Assembly (NCBI RefSeq): GCF_964204645.1
Contig: NC_134031.1
Span: 18,545,910-18,609,909, forward strand
Direction of reading: 5' to 3'
From: Tubulanus polymorphus
Taxonomy: Eukaryota; Animalia; Nemertea
Length of the DNA stretch: 64,000 nucleotides
Shown: positions 12,601-24,961 of the stretch, piece after piece
Numbering within the stretch: position 1 is the stretch's first letter
Layout: every line of letters starts with the position of its first letter
Notes under the pieces: model-generated
Database searches by the model: none
What the model saw: the letters and a program-made list of their open reading frames with translations, nothing else
Told to the model about the DNA's origin: nothing
Position numbers and translations under genes: made by a program

Positions 12601-15600
12601 GACTTGGTTACGGAATGGTCATTGAATCGTTAATGTACACGGTCTACACGAGTATCATCATAGCATGGATCATGTACTACCTTGGGATGTCGTTTACGAG
12701 CTGGGTTCCCGTGTGGGGGCGCTGCGACAACGCCTGGAACACGGAGAACTGTATCGTGCCCGGTGGAGATCGAATGAACCCGAATTCAACAACATCGACG
12801 AATCACAGCTCGACAACTAATCAATCGATCGTTACTACAGCCGCATCCAGCTTCCGTATCATTCACCATGGCAACGATTCGTTCTTGCCCTCCAATACAT
12901 CGAATACGTCTGTTCTAGGAAAACCGATGTCATCAGGAGAGGAATTCTGGCAGTAAGTGTCTATCGTATTCAAATTGCCTTCGATCTGTCTTTCAATGCG
13001 CTCTCTCTCTTTCTCTCTCTCAATTCAAATTGAAGAAGTCTTTTTTCTCAACTGTGCATCTAAGCCGCCTCGCATCTGGAATCAATCCATGCAGGCATCG
13101 TCTCCCAGATTATATTTATATCTACATTTCTTTTTCGTTTTTCTATCAATGTGCGTTCGAGCTTATCCATTGCGGTGGTAGCTGATTACAACAACGACAA
13201 AATTATTTTGTAAAATGAATATATTTTTTGCAATAAAAACGTAATTATTTGTGAAATAAGCTGCCGTTTTACGTAAAAGATAAAATATGATTTTACTTTG
13301 TAAATGAAGAAATGAAAAAATAATTTAGTATTTTCATTGCGAAAAAAATGAAAAATCGAATCCAGAACAAAATCACGTTCTGCGAATGCTGCTGGTTGAA
13401 AAACCTCTTTTCTTGAACGCTTCGAAATCTATCTGGGCCGAATCATTTCAACAGCGCTTAAAGGCGTGTTGAATGTGTCTAAATATATACATATATGTAT
13501 TTTTTTCTAAATCTCAAATTTCGATGATTTTGTTTTAAGACGCGTCAGTCAGGCCGCCGATATATCTGTTTGTTTTTTAATATCATAAATGAATGAGCTT
13601 GTCGATATTCATCGACGCTGAAATTACAGATATAACGTTTTGGAGCTTACGGATGATATCGGGAATCTAGGAGGCTTCCGCTGGGAGCTTGTCGTCTGTT
13701 TGTTTGTATCCTGGATAGTTGTTTTCCTGTGCTTATTCAAAGGCGTCCGGTCATCAGGAAAGGTAACCGCTGAAAGCATAGAAAACTCGCACTAACGACG
13801 ATGAATCGAACAGTAGATTTTTTTGCTACAGGGGCGGATCCAGGAATCTAGCTAGGGGGATATTCATATGAAAATTATTTTCACGAGTCGGCTTCCCGAG
13901 ACGTATTCCGACGTGTAAACCATGGGTTATAATTAGAGCCAGCGTTTAATAGATCACAAAATCTACTCGTCGACTAATAGAACATAATTCTACCTTAAGA
14001 ACAGTCCACATGACTTTTGTACCCTACTTTTTATCTTTGGGTAAACCGACTAAAACATTCCCGAAATCCAACAGACCTCGCCTATGTATTTAGGGTGGGT
14101 CGATAGGCCTATATAATGAATTTTCCAAATTTCAAAGATAGATCTCGAATTATTCTGGAGGTATTTAGAGGGGTTCACTGGCGACTAGTGAACCCCTGGA
14201 TCCGCCCCTGTGCGATGTTCATCCTCGTTTGAGAGTTTTGCTGTTCAAGTTTACGGTGGTTTATTACAAAAGTAAGAATCGGATATCCTTCGTTCGGTGT
14301 GAATATTGATCCAGGCCGCGGCCTTCCTCGCCGATATCGGGTATAGAACTAACGTCATAGCGCGTCATAACGGCCACCAAAGCAGAGTGACATTTCTGAT
14401 ATTCCCGAACAATGTAAAAACCTACTGTTGACGAATTTAAAAGCCAAACATGTTTAAATCTTATCTAAGTCACTGCGTTTCATTCTTCGTCAATTTCTAG
14501 AAAATGGGTTTCTGTAGAAGTCTTGAGGCCACGTGCTTTTCTACTTGACCACCCGTATTTTGCTACTTTTTACTCGCCTCACGTCGGTGCACTTTCACTG
14601 ACGTCACATCGACCTGGCTTTATGACGGCCAACGATATATTGACGTGCTATGACGTCACACCTCTGGCAATTCTCGTTTCCTTTCTTCGATTTTTTGCCT
14701 ACGAATTAAAAGTAAAAACGATAATCGTCAGCCATCGTTGAGGTGAACCGACGATTTCAGTTTTCTTACGACGATAACGTTGAAATGATTGAAGTAAATC
14801 AGTGAACGCAAAGACAGGTAGTTTTAACTAGACTTATTCATCTAGATTTATATAGAGAGCTGTGATAACCTAGAATCACATTGATGAACGTGAATTATAT
14901 ACTTTGTAGGTTAACTGATTTTATTAGAAATTACCAGCTTTCGCTACTGGTGAATAGTTGTTTCATCAGGTAAATGCTACCATTCATCAGAAGCGAGCGC
15001 TGTCTGTTTTTGCGTTCCTTTTCACTAACAGCCGAAAAATCTGGTTTTCGTGAAAAACGAATTTAAGCTCAAATTGGTTTAAAGTTTGAATTGCTGTCCC
15101 GATTCAAATTCCCGAGATAACCAATTAGCGATAAAACCAATTTAAGTTCCGACTTTTTCGATGAAACCGAACCCAGAGGCCAGTGTTGCTCAAAGATTGG
15201 TTGAAGATAACCGACGAATAAATACCATACAGTAACAATGTAATTTTAATTGTAACTATGTTTACTATTTACTTGTTGAATCTAACAGACTTTTGGGCAA
15301 CTGGCCCCAGAGGTAACGAGAATCGCCGGAGAGTCCTGTTGAGAAATGAACCGAGGAAGGACGACGGTCTGCGATATTCGCACGAGTGACGCGATTCTTT
15401 CCGATTCGTTTTGTACTCTTAACTACTGTTTCCCCTTTGGGACTTCATCGACTATCACAACCAAAAACAAAAAAAAAACTGATTCTGGTAATTGAAAAAA
15501 AAAAACTGATAATCAAATGGTCGCTTTATCGACTCAGAAAAAAAAGTTGCTGAAGAAACTCTCGTCTTTTATAAAAATTTTCGTCAACGTCCGTTTTATT

Positions 15601-18600
15601 TCCATCCAATAACCAAAAACCTAGTAATAGATTTTCTTTCATAGATTGCAGAATTAATCATCAGTATTTTCGACGTACTTTTTCCACTACGACTTCGTTT
15701 GAAGATCTTGTCCATGATTTTCACATCGAAAACATCGTTCGATTCGTACCAAAAAAAAAAAAAAATGATTCGATAATTTTTTTTTCTTCAAATTTTTGCC
15801 GAAATTTCTTATCATCGTCAATCGTTATAACGACGATACTCGCATGCGCTGCGTATTTTGATTTGTTAGTATTTTGTATTTTTAGGTGGTGTACGTGACG
15901 GCTACTGCTCCGTTCTTGTTTCTGATCGCTCTATTCGTTAGAGGAGTCACTTTGCCCGGTTCTTATGATGGTATAATGTTCTATATTACACCAGATTGGA
16001 GCAAACTTCTCTCGTTCAGAGTAAGTATATGACAGACCCTATTGTCACCAGTCAGCGGTTGTAACATATTTAATTAAGCCTTAAATTCGCTGACGACGGC
16101 TTATGAATATATAGAATTTAAATGAAATACTGTCTCGCTGAGCATGCCAAATAGAATACGATTACATAAATTTCGATTCAGGATGAAGTTTTACGCGATC
16201 TTTTTTTTGGTTGATTCGTCATTTAATGAATGATAACAGCGATGATTGAACTGCGCGGCGGCACGCGAGGGAAGGGATCGCTCAAATCGCTAAGATGGAC
16301 AAATTATGGGGCTTAGAATGTACCGGTTACTTATGCGGTGTGAATTATTTTCGAGTTGGGTTGTGTTTCCACAATCTACGCATTCTCCTGCTGTCTTTCC
16401 GAATGGTAGCTTGAGTTACTAGTTCAACACATTTGTAAATGCGTTTAAATTGTGCAAATGCGGTCAATTGTTACATAAGTGTCATGAATCGAATTGAAAA
16501 AGCCCACAAGAACGCTTGATTGGTGTGAACGAAAAAAAAAAATAAATCCATTCGAGTAGTTTCTGAACATCAGTCCGATAGATTTTGACATGTTTTTCGG
16601 ACGAGTTTTGTATTACTGTTCTAGGTCGAGCATGTTGGATTTCTGAGAAATTTCTGCGATGATTAGAAAATTGCAATTCTATTTTTAGATATGGTCTGAA
16701 GCGTGTTTACAGATATTCTACTCGTTAGGGGCGTCGTGGGGTGGTCTAGTAACGATGGCTAGTTACAATAAATTCAACCACAATATATACAGGTATATTT
16801 CGGATTTCCCATTCATTCATTCATTCATTCATTCATTCATATTCCAATTTCACTAAAACAGAGTCTTTTTGATTTTTGATTAACAAATCTCGATTTCAAG
16901 CTTTTAAGATTGTGTATTAGTCGGTTTGAACTCTATTAATTCAATTTTTCACGTTTTTGAGGGTAAGGGCTATTTTACAATTTCGATTCCAATTTATATT
17001 CATCATTCTTCTCTGTGCGAGATTTAGGTGAATAAATAGAAAACAAAAGGAGAACAATAAAAATCAATGATACATCGTATTGATAATTGTTGTTTTAACA
17101 ATTTCACAGAACCAGCCGTGCAGGTTCCTATTCAGAAAATTCATAAAATAAACATACGTATATAAGCGGTTTTCAACAGTTGTTTTTGCGACATGGTGAT
17201 TTTGTTGATTGATGTGATTGCTGCAGCTGTGACAACTTATACTGTACAGAATAACCTCAATACTCGAAGTTCAATTTACTGAGTGCCATTTCCCCCTACC
17301 TATTTCAGGGATGCGATAGTAATTCCACTGGTGACATGCGGCACAAGTTTCTTCGCCGGATTCGTCATATTTAGTGTGATTGGTTTTTTGGCTCACGAAG
17401 CGAATTTACCAGTAGAAGAAGCGGTCACGTCGGGTACGTTAAAAGCACGGATCGCTAGTTCGTGATTTCACTATGAAATCCAGTCTCCTATATAACATAA
17501 GGTTACACAAACTTCTGTTACATCCATACGCTAGACTGAGTTTACCCCGGAATCGATTGACTTCGATCATCGCGTTCCACAGTCTGTGAGTTAGAGTTAA
17601 CTCTGGCCGAGTTAAAATCAGTTCATTTTCAATGAGTTAACTCGGAGTAAAACCTTAACTCACAACTGTGGAACTGGACCCTGTTTACCCCGGAATCGAT
17701 TGACTTCGATAATCGCGTGCCCCGGACTCCTGGACCCAGTTCCACAGTCTGTGAGTTAGAGTTAACTCTGGCCGAGTTAAAATCAGTTCATTTTCAATGA
17801 GTTAACTCGGAGTAAAACCTTAACTCACAACTGTGGAACTGGAACCTGTTTACCCCGGAATCGATTGCCTTCGATAATCGCGTGCCCCGGACTCCTGGAC
17901 CCAGTTCCATAGTCTGTGAGTTAGAGTTAACTCTGGCCGAGTAAAAATCAGTTCATTTTCAATGAGTTAACTCGGAGTGAAACCTTAACTCACAACTGTG
18001 GAACTGGACCCTGTTTACCCCGGAATCGATCGCCTCGGATTATTGCGTGCCTCACTAGTATATTACGAATTACAAATGTTCTTATTCTTTCAAAATCCAT
18101 AGGAAGCAAAAACAGTACATATATATATTATGTACGAGTATGAGTAATATATATATTACTCATTAGAAAATTAGATTTGTACTGTTTTTTGCTTCTATGG
18201 ATTTTGAATTATCTAGACTCTCTGCCTAAGATCTACTTATTCTTTATTCATCGTTACAACGACCAACGACCTGCTCTCGGACTACCCCGGTATTCGCATT
18301 GTACCTCGGATTGATAATTTATTAAGAGTAGGCAAGTGGAGTAAACTGTAAGTCTAATTAAATCTATACATCCTCTTATGTGTCACGTATAGGTCCAGGA
18401 CTGGCGTTTATCGCGTACCCGATGGCTTTAGCTAAGATACCCGGTGCTCCGATCTGGTCGGCGATGTTCTTCTTGATGCTGTTCACAATCGGATTGGATA
18501 CGGTGGTAAAGTATTTCACTATCTTAACCTTGCGATTTCTTAAATTATTCAAATTAATCTACCGCGATGCATTTCATTTCGGAAATTGTGGCTCCATGAA

Positions 18601-21281
18601 TGTAATTCCAAACTCGAATAGACTGACTCAGTAGAGAAAACTATTAATGGGATTAATGATAATAATAATAATGATGATAATATAGTAATGATGATATTCA
18701 TTTACAGTCCGTTACATGAAATACAACAGACTTTATAATGTCCATATATAAAAATTGGGCAAAACAGTAGGCAGATGTATAGAATACAGGGTTTCAAGCG
18801 GTCCTTCCAAGTCCTTCTTTGTCCTTCCTTTGGAAAATGTTTGGACAAACATCATCTTTGTCCTTGTTTTTGACTCTAAGTCCTTCCTTTTGATAAAAAA
18901 AGTTTGATGCTTCCAAATTTGATATGGGGTATTTTATTAGTAATTAGTATTGGTAATTCACTTGTCCGTAAGATTGAATATACAGGAAAGTGTTATGGAA
19001 TTAGCCTGGTATATATGATTGGTCTACATGACTAGTATTCCGTCAAAGGCTTTGCAAAAATGCTTCCCTATGGGGCCTCATTTAACTGGAAAGTACTTCT
19101 CTTCAAGTCTAAAAGTCCGTCCTTTTGGGTCTAAAATTGCCGAAAAATTCCTTCTTAATACTTCTTTTTACCCTGGCCTTACCACTTACCACCGGAAACC
19201 CTGAGAATATTACCAAATAAGATAATATGTACATTAGTAAATAGAAATGTAATTGTACAGATGTTCGAGTTTGAATCTTTTATAGTGCTCAACGATTAAC
19301 CAAGAACTGGATGCTGCGCTGATTAAAATTGTCGTCCCATTTTAAATCTAAATCAAATCGCTATCGATTTTCTCGAATATTTCAGTTTGTGTCGTTCGAG
19401 ACTTTCATCAGCGCTTTCGTCGATAAATTCCCGGCGATCAGAAAACGTAAAATGTTGTTCGTGATCGGTTCATCGATTACCTGTTTTCTTATGGGTCTCA
19501 TATTCTGTTCAAGAGTAAGTATTTGATACGCTCCATCTTGATGTAATTCCCTGATGGTGATTAGGCATTCTCAGACGATGGTGAATGTCTGAACGGGCAC
19601 ATCAGGGCTGCTGCTTGATGTCTATCGATGAACTCGCATTTATATTTAGGATTTTACGATTTTTATCGACCACTCGTAGAATTTCAGAGACTAAGGATGG
19701 ATTTCAATCGAATCTAAGAAATCCTAGCATCTTTGTCCGAATGCGCACCAGCGAAACTGTTGGATCCTCGCTCGCCACAAGCAGAATCTTCAATTGCCAC
19801 AGTTGGACGTAAACTGCTCATTATAGTATCTAATTATGATGTTTTCTGTGATTTTAGGGTGGTATGTACTGGTTCCAACTAATTGATTGGTTCATGTCTA
19901 TTTTCACGGTGCTTGTTATTGGTATATTTGAATGTATCATCATCTCTTACATATACGGTTAGTAAACCTACAGAAAGCGTGAACGTATTTCACATGTTTT
20001 TTAATTCAACGCTGATAGAAATTCGTGGATTTTTGTTTTTTCGTTTATTTATTTATATGTAAATTATGATATCAATCAATGTCGATCAAGTTTTCGTATT
20101 TCAACTAATTCCAGGAGTGAATAGATTTTATAACGAAATTGAAATGATGATCGGATATCGGCCATCAGTTGTGTGGAAGGGTTGTTGGGGTTTCGCTATC
20201 CCGGCGTCGTTGACGGTGAGTCGGTGAAATTGTTGAGAAAAAAAGGGCAACAATTTTTGCGAAGGCGTTTGTAATAATGAACTTGCGTTGATTATGTTAA
20301 AATACCGTGATTTCGCTACTAGCGACCATTATATTAGCTTCATATCTGCCAGGTTTAACTGATTTGCCACCAACATAAGACGTCTCAACTACAAATATTC
20401 ACAATACCATGATAGCAATTGACGTTGATTTTGGTTCCGTGGCCTCAATTTTATGTGATGCATTCTATTTTCCTTTTTTAGATCTTTCTGACGTATCTGT
20501 TGGCGGTACAGGTTTGGCCCTATTACGGATCGTATAGATACCCGACTTGGGCGATTGGTATCGGTTGGCTGATCGCTTTTGTCTCGGCGATACCTATCCC
20601 GTATTGTATGATAACTAGGCTATACACAACTCCGGGAACGTTGAAGCAGGTAACTAATACCTTTACAGCCGTTACTAAGTTGACGCTCAATCGGGTTCTA
20701 ACCCCAGCGCGTCAGAGCACTTACCAGGATTATATCAGCTATGAGTTTGACAAATTCTCTCTTTACTGAAACCGTGGTTTTGGCCTACAATTAGCTCTGC
20801 CCTGGTAAAAAATTTTCCCCATATTCTATAGATGAATCCCTAAACCACGCCTTAAGTAGTGTCCGGACTGGTATTTAATATTTCATAGAATCGGGGAAAG
20901 ACTGGTTCAAATGAACGAACTCTACATTTCGTCCTTTTCCCGTGAGCGTAGAGGCAGCACCGTACGGTCAACTAGCGGAATTTCCGCGGGCTAGTGAATG
21001 CACGATTGACCGTTTAACTTCTTCTTTCGAAATTGAAATAGTCATTTCCAGTTTATCGAAAATCAATATCGACGGTAACAGAACAGTTTCTTCTGTATTG
21101 GATTGATCTAAGAAAAATAACCGGGAAATGTTTTTGATTCTTTCAGAGACTTTTCAGAGCTTCGCGGCCTGCGGCTACCTGGGGTCCAAATATACACAAA
21201 ACCGATAATCAAGACGAACAAATGATTCCCGAAACAATTGTGCTGACGAAATCCAGCGATGAGCCGGATCTGATAGTGTAA
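9630..21281 (+). CDS. SLC6 Na+/Cl- dependent amino-acid transporter (GlyT-like), paralog 1, 641 aa, 13 exons
   Basis: Exons 9630-9828, 10230-10361, 12601-12952, 13630-13762, 15886-16020, 16689-16792, 17309-17433, 18393-18505, 19386-19514, 19858-19957, 20115-20215, 20482-20649, 21147-21281; all GT-AG and in phase. Motifs [47 protein letters not shown]. Confidence 0.95.
12391..12553. mobile_element. MITE with internal 18-bp tandem repeat in SLC6-1 intron 2
   Basis: Imperfect TIRs agtaaact..ccg.cttgag / ctcaagcggagtttact; ccgagttgaacggtaaat x3. Confidence 0.6.
13829..14210. mobile_element. MITE with 16-bp perfect TIR CAGGGGCGGATCCAGG
   Basis: caggggcggatccagg at 13829 and cctggatccgcccctg ending at 14210; related ends at about 23086 and 32218-32229. 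Confidence 0.8.
14931..14973 (-). ncRNA. Minimal type I hammerhead-ribozyme-like motif
   Basis: Minus strand TTAC-CTGATGA-aacaaCTATTcaccAGTAGc-GAAAGCTG-GTAA followed by AATAAA. Core boxes, stem II and a 4-bp stem I are present; the cleavage triplet CUG is non-permissive, so it is probably inactive. Confidence 0.5.
17540..18051. repeat. Tandem array (~3.3 x 165 bp) of a hairpin MITE plus flank
   Basis: Unit starts at 17540, 17683, 17848 and 18013; each contains (ca)gttccacag...ctgtggaactg inverted ends. Dispersed relatives at about 25320-25432, 44910-44937 and 57097-57180. Confidence 0.88.
18089..18208. repeat. Inverted repeat / hairpin MITE (~30-bp arms)
   Basis: ttcaaaatccataggaagcaaaaacagtaca ... 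tgtactgttttttgcttctatggattttgaa. Confidence 0.7.
18787..19203. mobile_element. MITE with CAGGGTTTC TIR and 6-bp target duplication AGAATA
   Basis: agaata|cagggtttc ... gaaaccctg|agaata. Confidence 0.7.
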
Positions 21282-22594
21282 ATTTCAGTTTTTTTTTTTC
21301 TATTCATTTATTGATAATGATAACAATCGTAATTTATACATGTGAATGTATGTAAAAATCAAATGCGTTGTAAATATCATACTCGTAAAAATAAAGCGTT
21401 GTTTTGTAGGGTAAAATGTGTTCATTAACGGAATTTTTGTTCCACGTAGTTTGTGAGGTAGGCCAGGCCCGTGCCAATGATTTTTGAGCGCCAGTCCTGC
21501 AAGTACTATTTCAAAAGGGACACTCTTTCACCTGAAAAGTGCCACTCTCCCATTGAAAAAAGGACAGATCTTGCATAAATATCCAAATTTCGAAAAATCC
21601 CGAAATGTTTACCCGACACTGACTTTTAAAGGGCACTTTGAAAATGTTTAGGGGTTCAGCCACTCCGTCGCCTCGAGCCTGTAGGCATCAAGTAACTCAA
21701 CATTATTGAAGTTTTGACGATCAGGTTTTCGAAAGTGTGATAATTTCAGTTGTTTTTGTGACACATGATTTTATCATGTATTATGGGAGAATTAAAGTTC
21801 TCAATTTTCATGAGCCTAAAGTGCAAGTGCCTCTCCTCTCTGAAGATAAGGAGTAGTGTTGATAACTACCATGGAGAGGTGTTTTAGATTTTTCGAGCCT
21901 TTACCAGAAAATACCAGACCTAAAACAAACAATAACCCAACCGTTATCGTGAACGAAGCCGGTGAGATAACAAGCGTTCAGAAACAAATAAAAATGAGCA
22001 GTTTTGAAACAGAAAAAAAGCTTACAAATCTTTCAGCTGTAATATCGGACACAGAAAACATCGTGTACATTGACCATGCATTTACTAAACAAATTGATAT
22101 GATGATTTTGGTTGGAGTCAAGATGACGGGTCGACGATCTGTGAAACAGACAATAAGAGGAATATAAACTAATGTATATATAGATATGTAGGTACATATC
22201 ACTCTGAAATAGGAATTATCTGCACTGTGCCATAAGGTGAGTTAAGTGCTGAGGACACCTAGCCTTATATCAGTCAAGAGTCCTGTTAACTGGCCGTCGG
22301 TATAGCGATACCGATATATATTGATCGAGTGTATGCCTGAACGAATCATAAGACAATTACATCGGGTCCGGTAAGTCCGCACGAAGTTTATTTCACAGTC
22401 TGGGATTATATGTGGAAAATGTTCTACCACCATATATGATATATACATGTTGTATGTGATAAATCCAAAAAACAAGTATGATCTTCGAACCGGTACCGTA
22501 CCCGTCATTTAGTTTTTTTTTGTATTCTATCATGAAAATGTTCAATTTTCATACAAAACGCTACAAAACATTTTGATACAATAATTGTATGAAA

Positions 22595-22675
22595 ACGCAC
22601 CGGGGGTAGAAACAGTAGAATGAGCGATAATAATTATTATTATCGCTCATTCTACTGTTTCTACCCCCGGTGCGT
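22595..22675. repeat. Perfect palindrome, 40-bp arms with 1-nt centre
   Basis: acgcaccgggggtagaaacagtagaatgagcgataataat-t-attattatcgctcattctactgtttctacccccggtgcgt. Confidence 0.92.
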
Positions 22676-23289
22676 CGTAGACGACACTACAAACAGAATG
22701 TATGTACCCAATACAGAGACGTCTCTTGAGCGTGCTTTGACTGTAACACAAACAGGTATTTTTGTTGTTTCCGTGCCATGAATTTACGTTATACAAGAAA
22801 ATACAAGACGCAACACGACAACCGTAAGAATTATTCGTCAAGACGATTCTCTACGAGAACGATCTGTTAGTGGAAATGCGTAAGTAAGATTGAAAGAGTC
22901 ATTGGTGTTTCTGATGAAACACAAACATACAGAAAGAATAATCGAGGTATCTCGATCTATAACGCAATCTGGATCGAAGTATCGACGATTTGAAACTACC
23001 GTTTTGTTAGATTTGAAGTGATTCGGCTTTAAGTTTCAGCTTGGTGTGAAGACGAAGGATAAGTTGTTACACATAGCCGCCTACCCAGGGGCGGATATAG
23101 GGGGTTCTTAGGGTTCTGGAATAACGTCGAGCTTTGTCTGTGCCCCTTCGAGATGCCCCTATTTCCATCCCTATATCATTTGGCATGATTTTGCCTAGTA
23201 AGTGCCCCTGAAAACAACATGTTTGATGTAAAGTGCCCTTTTTTGCCGTGACTTGAGATAGAACGTTCCCTCCCCCATAATAATAATAG

Positions 23290-24195
23290 TAAAATCTTCT
23301 AAGACACGAATTAAACAAATCTTGTGGGTAGCCATTTTTGTGGAAAACGTTTTTTAGGAAATCAATTTCTTGTGAGAAAACAAACCAACTACTGCTTATG
23401 GTATATGCTCTATGGAGCAGACATTGGATTAAGCCAAATTTCCATTTTTGCGGAAACATAGCTGAAAAGTTTAGAATCAAGCTAGTGTAAGTTGATTTTC
23501 TAAATACATGAGAAGTGAAGGTACCATCATCCGTTGTTGGGAGCGAAATATACGTATCTAGAAATGGAAGTGTAGACGGTCCTATTTCTGAAGTAAATTT
23601 AAGATTTGGGTGTAGTGCATTTAGATTCTCCAGGAAAGATGCATGTATTGAATCACGTCTGAATACACAGAAAATATCATCAACATAACGTAGGTATAAC
23701 GATGGCGCGAAACTTTTCCCTGAACAATCATCTAGCAGCTTAGATTCAAAATAAGCCAGACAGAAATTAGCCATAGTGGGCCCTAGAGGGCTGCCCATTG
23801 CAACTCCATCTACCTGTCGAAAAAATCTATCGCGATACATAAAGATTCCACTTGTTGCTATTTTCATAAGTTGTTTAAAGGTAGCCTTATCAAAATCTGG
23901 TTTAGTAGTCATAGATATGGTCTGCTATAATATTGATAGTTTGTCCCAATGGTACATTAGTAAAAAGTGACACGACATCAAAGCTGATCAGTATATCAGT
24001 AGGTTTGAAATAGAATTGTTTCAATCGCTCCAAAAAACTGGAGGTACTGTCTAGCATGTAATTAGAAGGAATATGTGGTTTGATAATATTGTCAAGGTAT
24101 TTAGCCAAATTATACTCTGCTGTGTTTAACAAGGTCTGAAAGGAAGACCTGGTTTATGAGCTTTACAGAGGCCATAAAGTTTGCCTGGTTGGCTG
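23290..24195 (-). mobile_element. Decayed Penelope-like retroelement reverse transcriptase fragment
   Basis: Motifs PGKLYG..K.HKPG, YNLAKYL, LISFDVVSLFTNVP, QVDGVAMGSPLGP, YLRYVDDIF, HPNLKFTSE, LPFLD, VFRKSTYT, LLHRAY. Frameshifts near 24130 and 23910; homology stops near 23290 with no GIY-YIG domain, where a CAGGGGCGGAT-type repeat follows. Confidence 0.9.
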
Positions 24196-24961
24196 TTTAT
24201 GTAGAGCCTTTTGTCTTAGTAGTCAAAACATGACGAGACATCTCGTTGTAGAGGAGTCGTATTAAGCAGGGGTCAAATAGGTAAACGCGAAAACTGGTGC
24301 GTAGGTTAAACATGATTTTATCGATATACGAGTTTTTGCTACGAAGCAGTCCAGGTAAATCTCTCATTAGTCCAGGAAAATTACTCATTAGTCCAGTTTG
24401 ATTGCTCATTTTCCTGTTACAAAAATTACTCATTCATCGGTTGACGCTACTATGATCTTGCAGTATTCAAAACATCAAATAGTCTAATTATTCTTCGCCA
24501 AAAAATGCGAACATGTCGCTTCATGTTGCGCTCTGTATCTTCGCCATGTTCAAATCATGTGACAACGTCGCGATGGCTGATTGGCTGTTCGTCGAAAAAA
24601 TGTTCGATAACATCAGCTCGTCGCCGTGTTGTGGCGGCAGACGTTACGACATTCACTAATACAATGCTCGATATCAAAATGAAACGTGTTTGATTGATAT
24701 TACATAAAAGTTCCTTCTTCAAGATATCGTGGACGCTACGGTCATGGTCGCCACAGCCGCTGCATTTGAATCATACCTGAGTACTTGGATTAACGCACTG
24801 TTCATGGTGCATGGTTGATATCTTATGGCTTATAGTTTTGGGTTTAAGATCGAAGTACTTCAAGCGCTATATTTATTATATTTCTTATGTAAAGATCGGA
24901 CGCTAGGTGATATTGCACACAACTGAACTAGGTGTCTATATTCTCAGACGAATCGATCGCC

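Noticed and set aside
17540-18051. CRISPR-like array
   Set aside because: The whole unit repeats with no unique spacers, it sits in a eukaryotic intron, and there are no cas genes.
21856-22167. 103-aa intergenic ORF
   Set aside because: GTG start, no recognisable motif and no splice support.
22910-22925. Hammerhead core near the Penelope fragment (ctgatgaaac)
   Set aside because: No stem II between the CTGATGA and GAAA boxes.
23067-23290. C-terminal part of the 281-aa RT ORF
   Set aside because: After YYYYY it reads into an unrelated repeat; no endonuclease motif is present.
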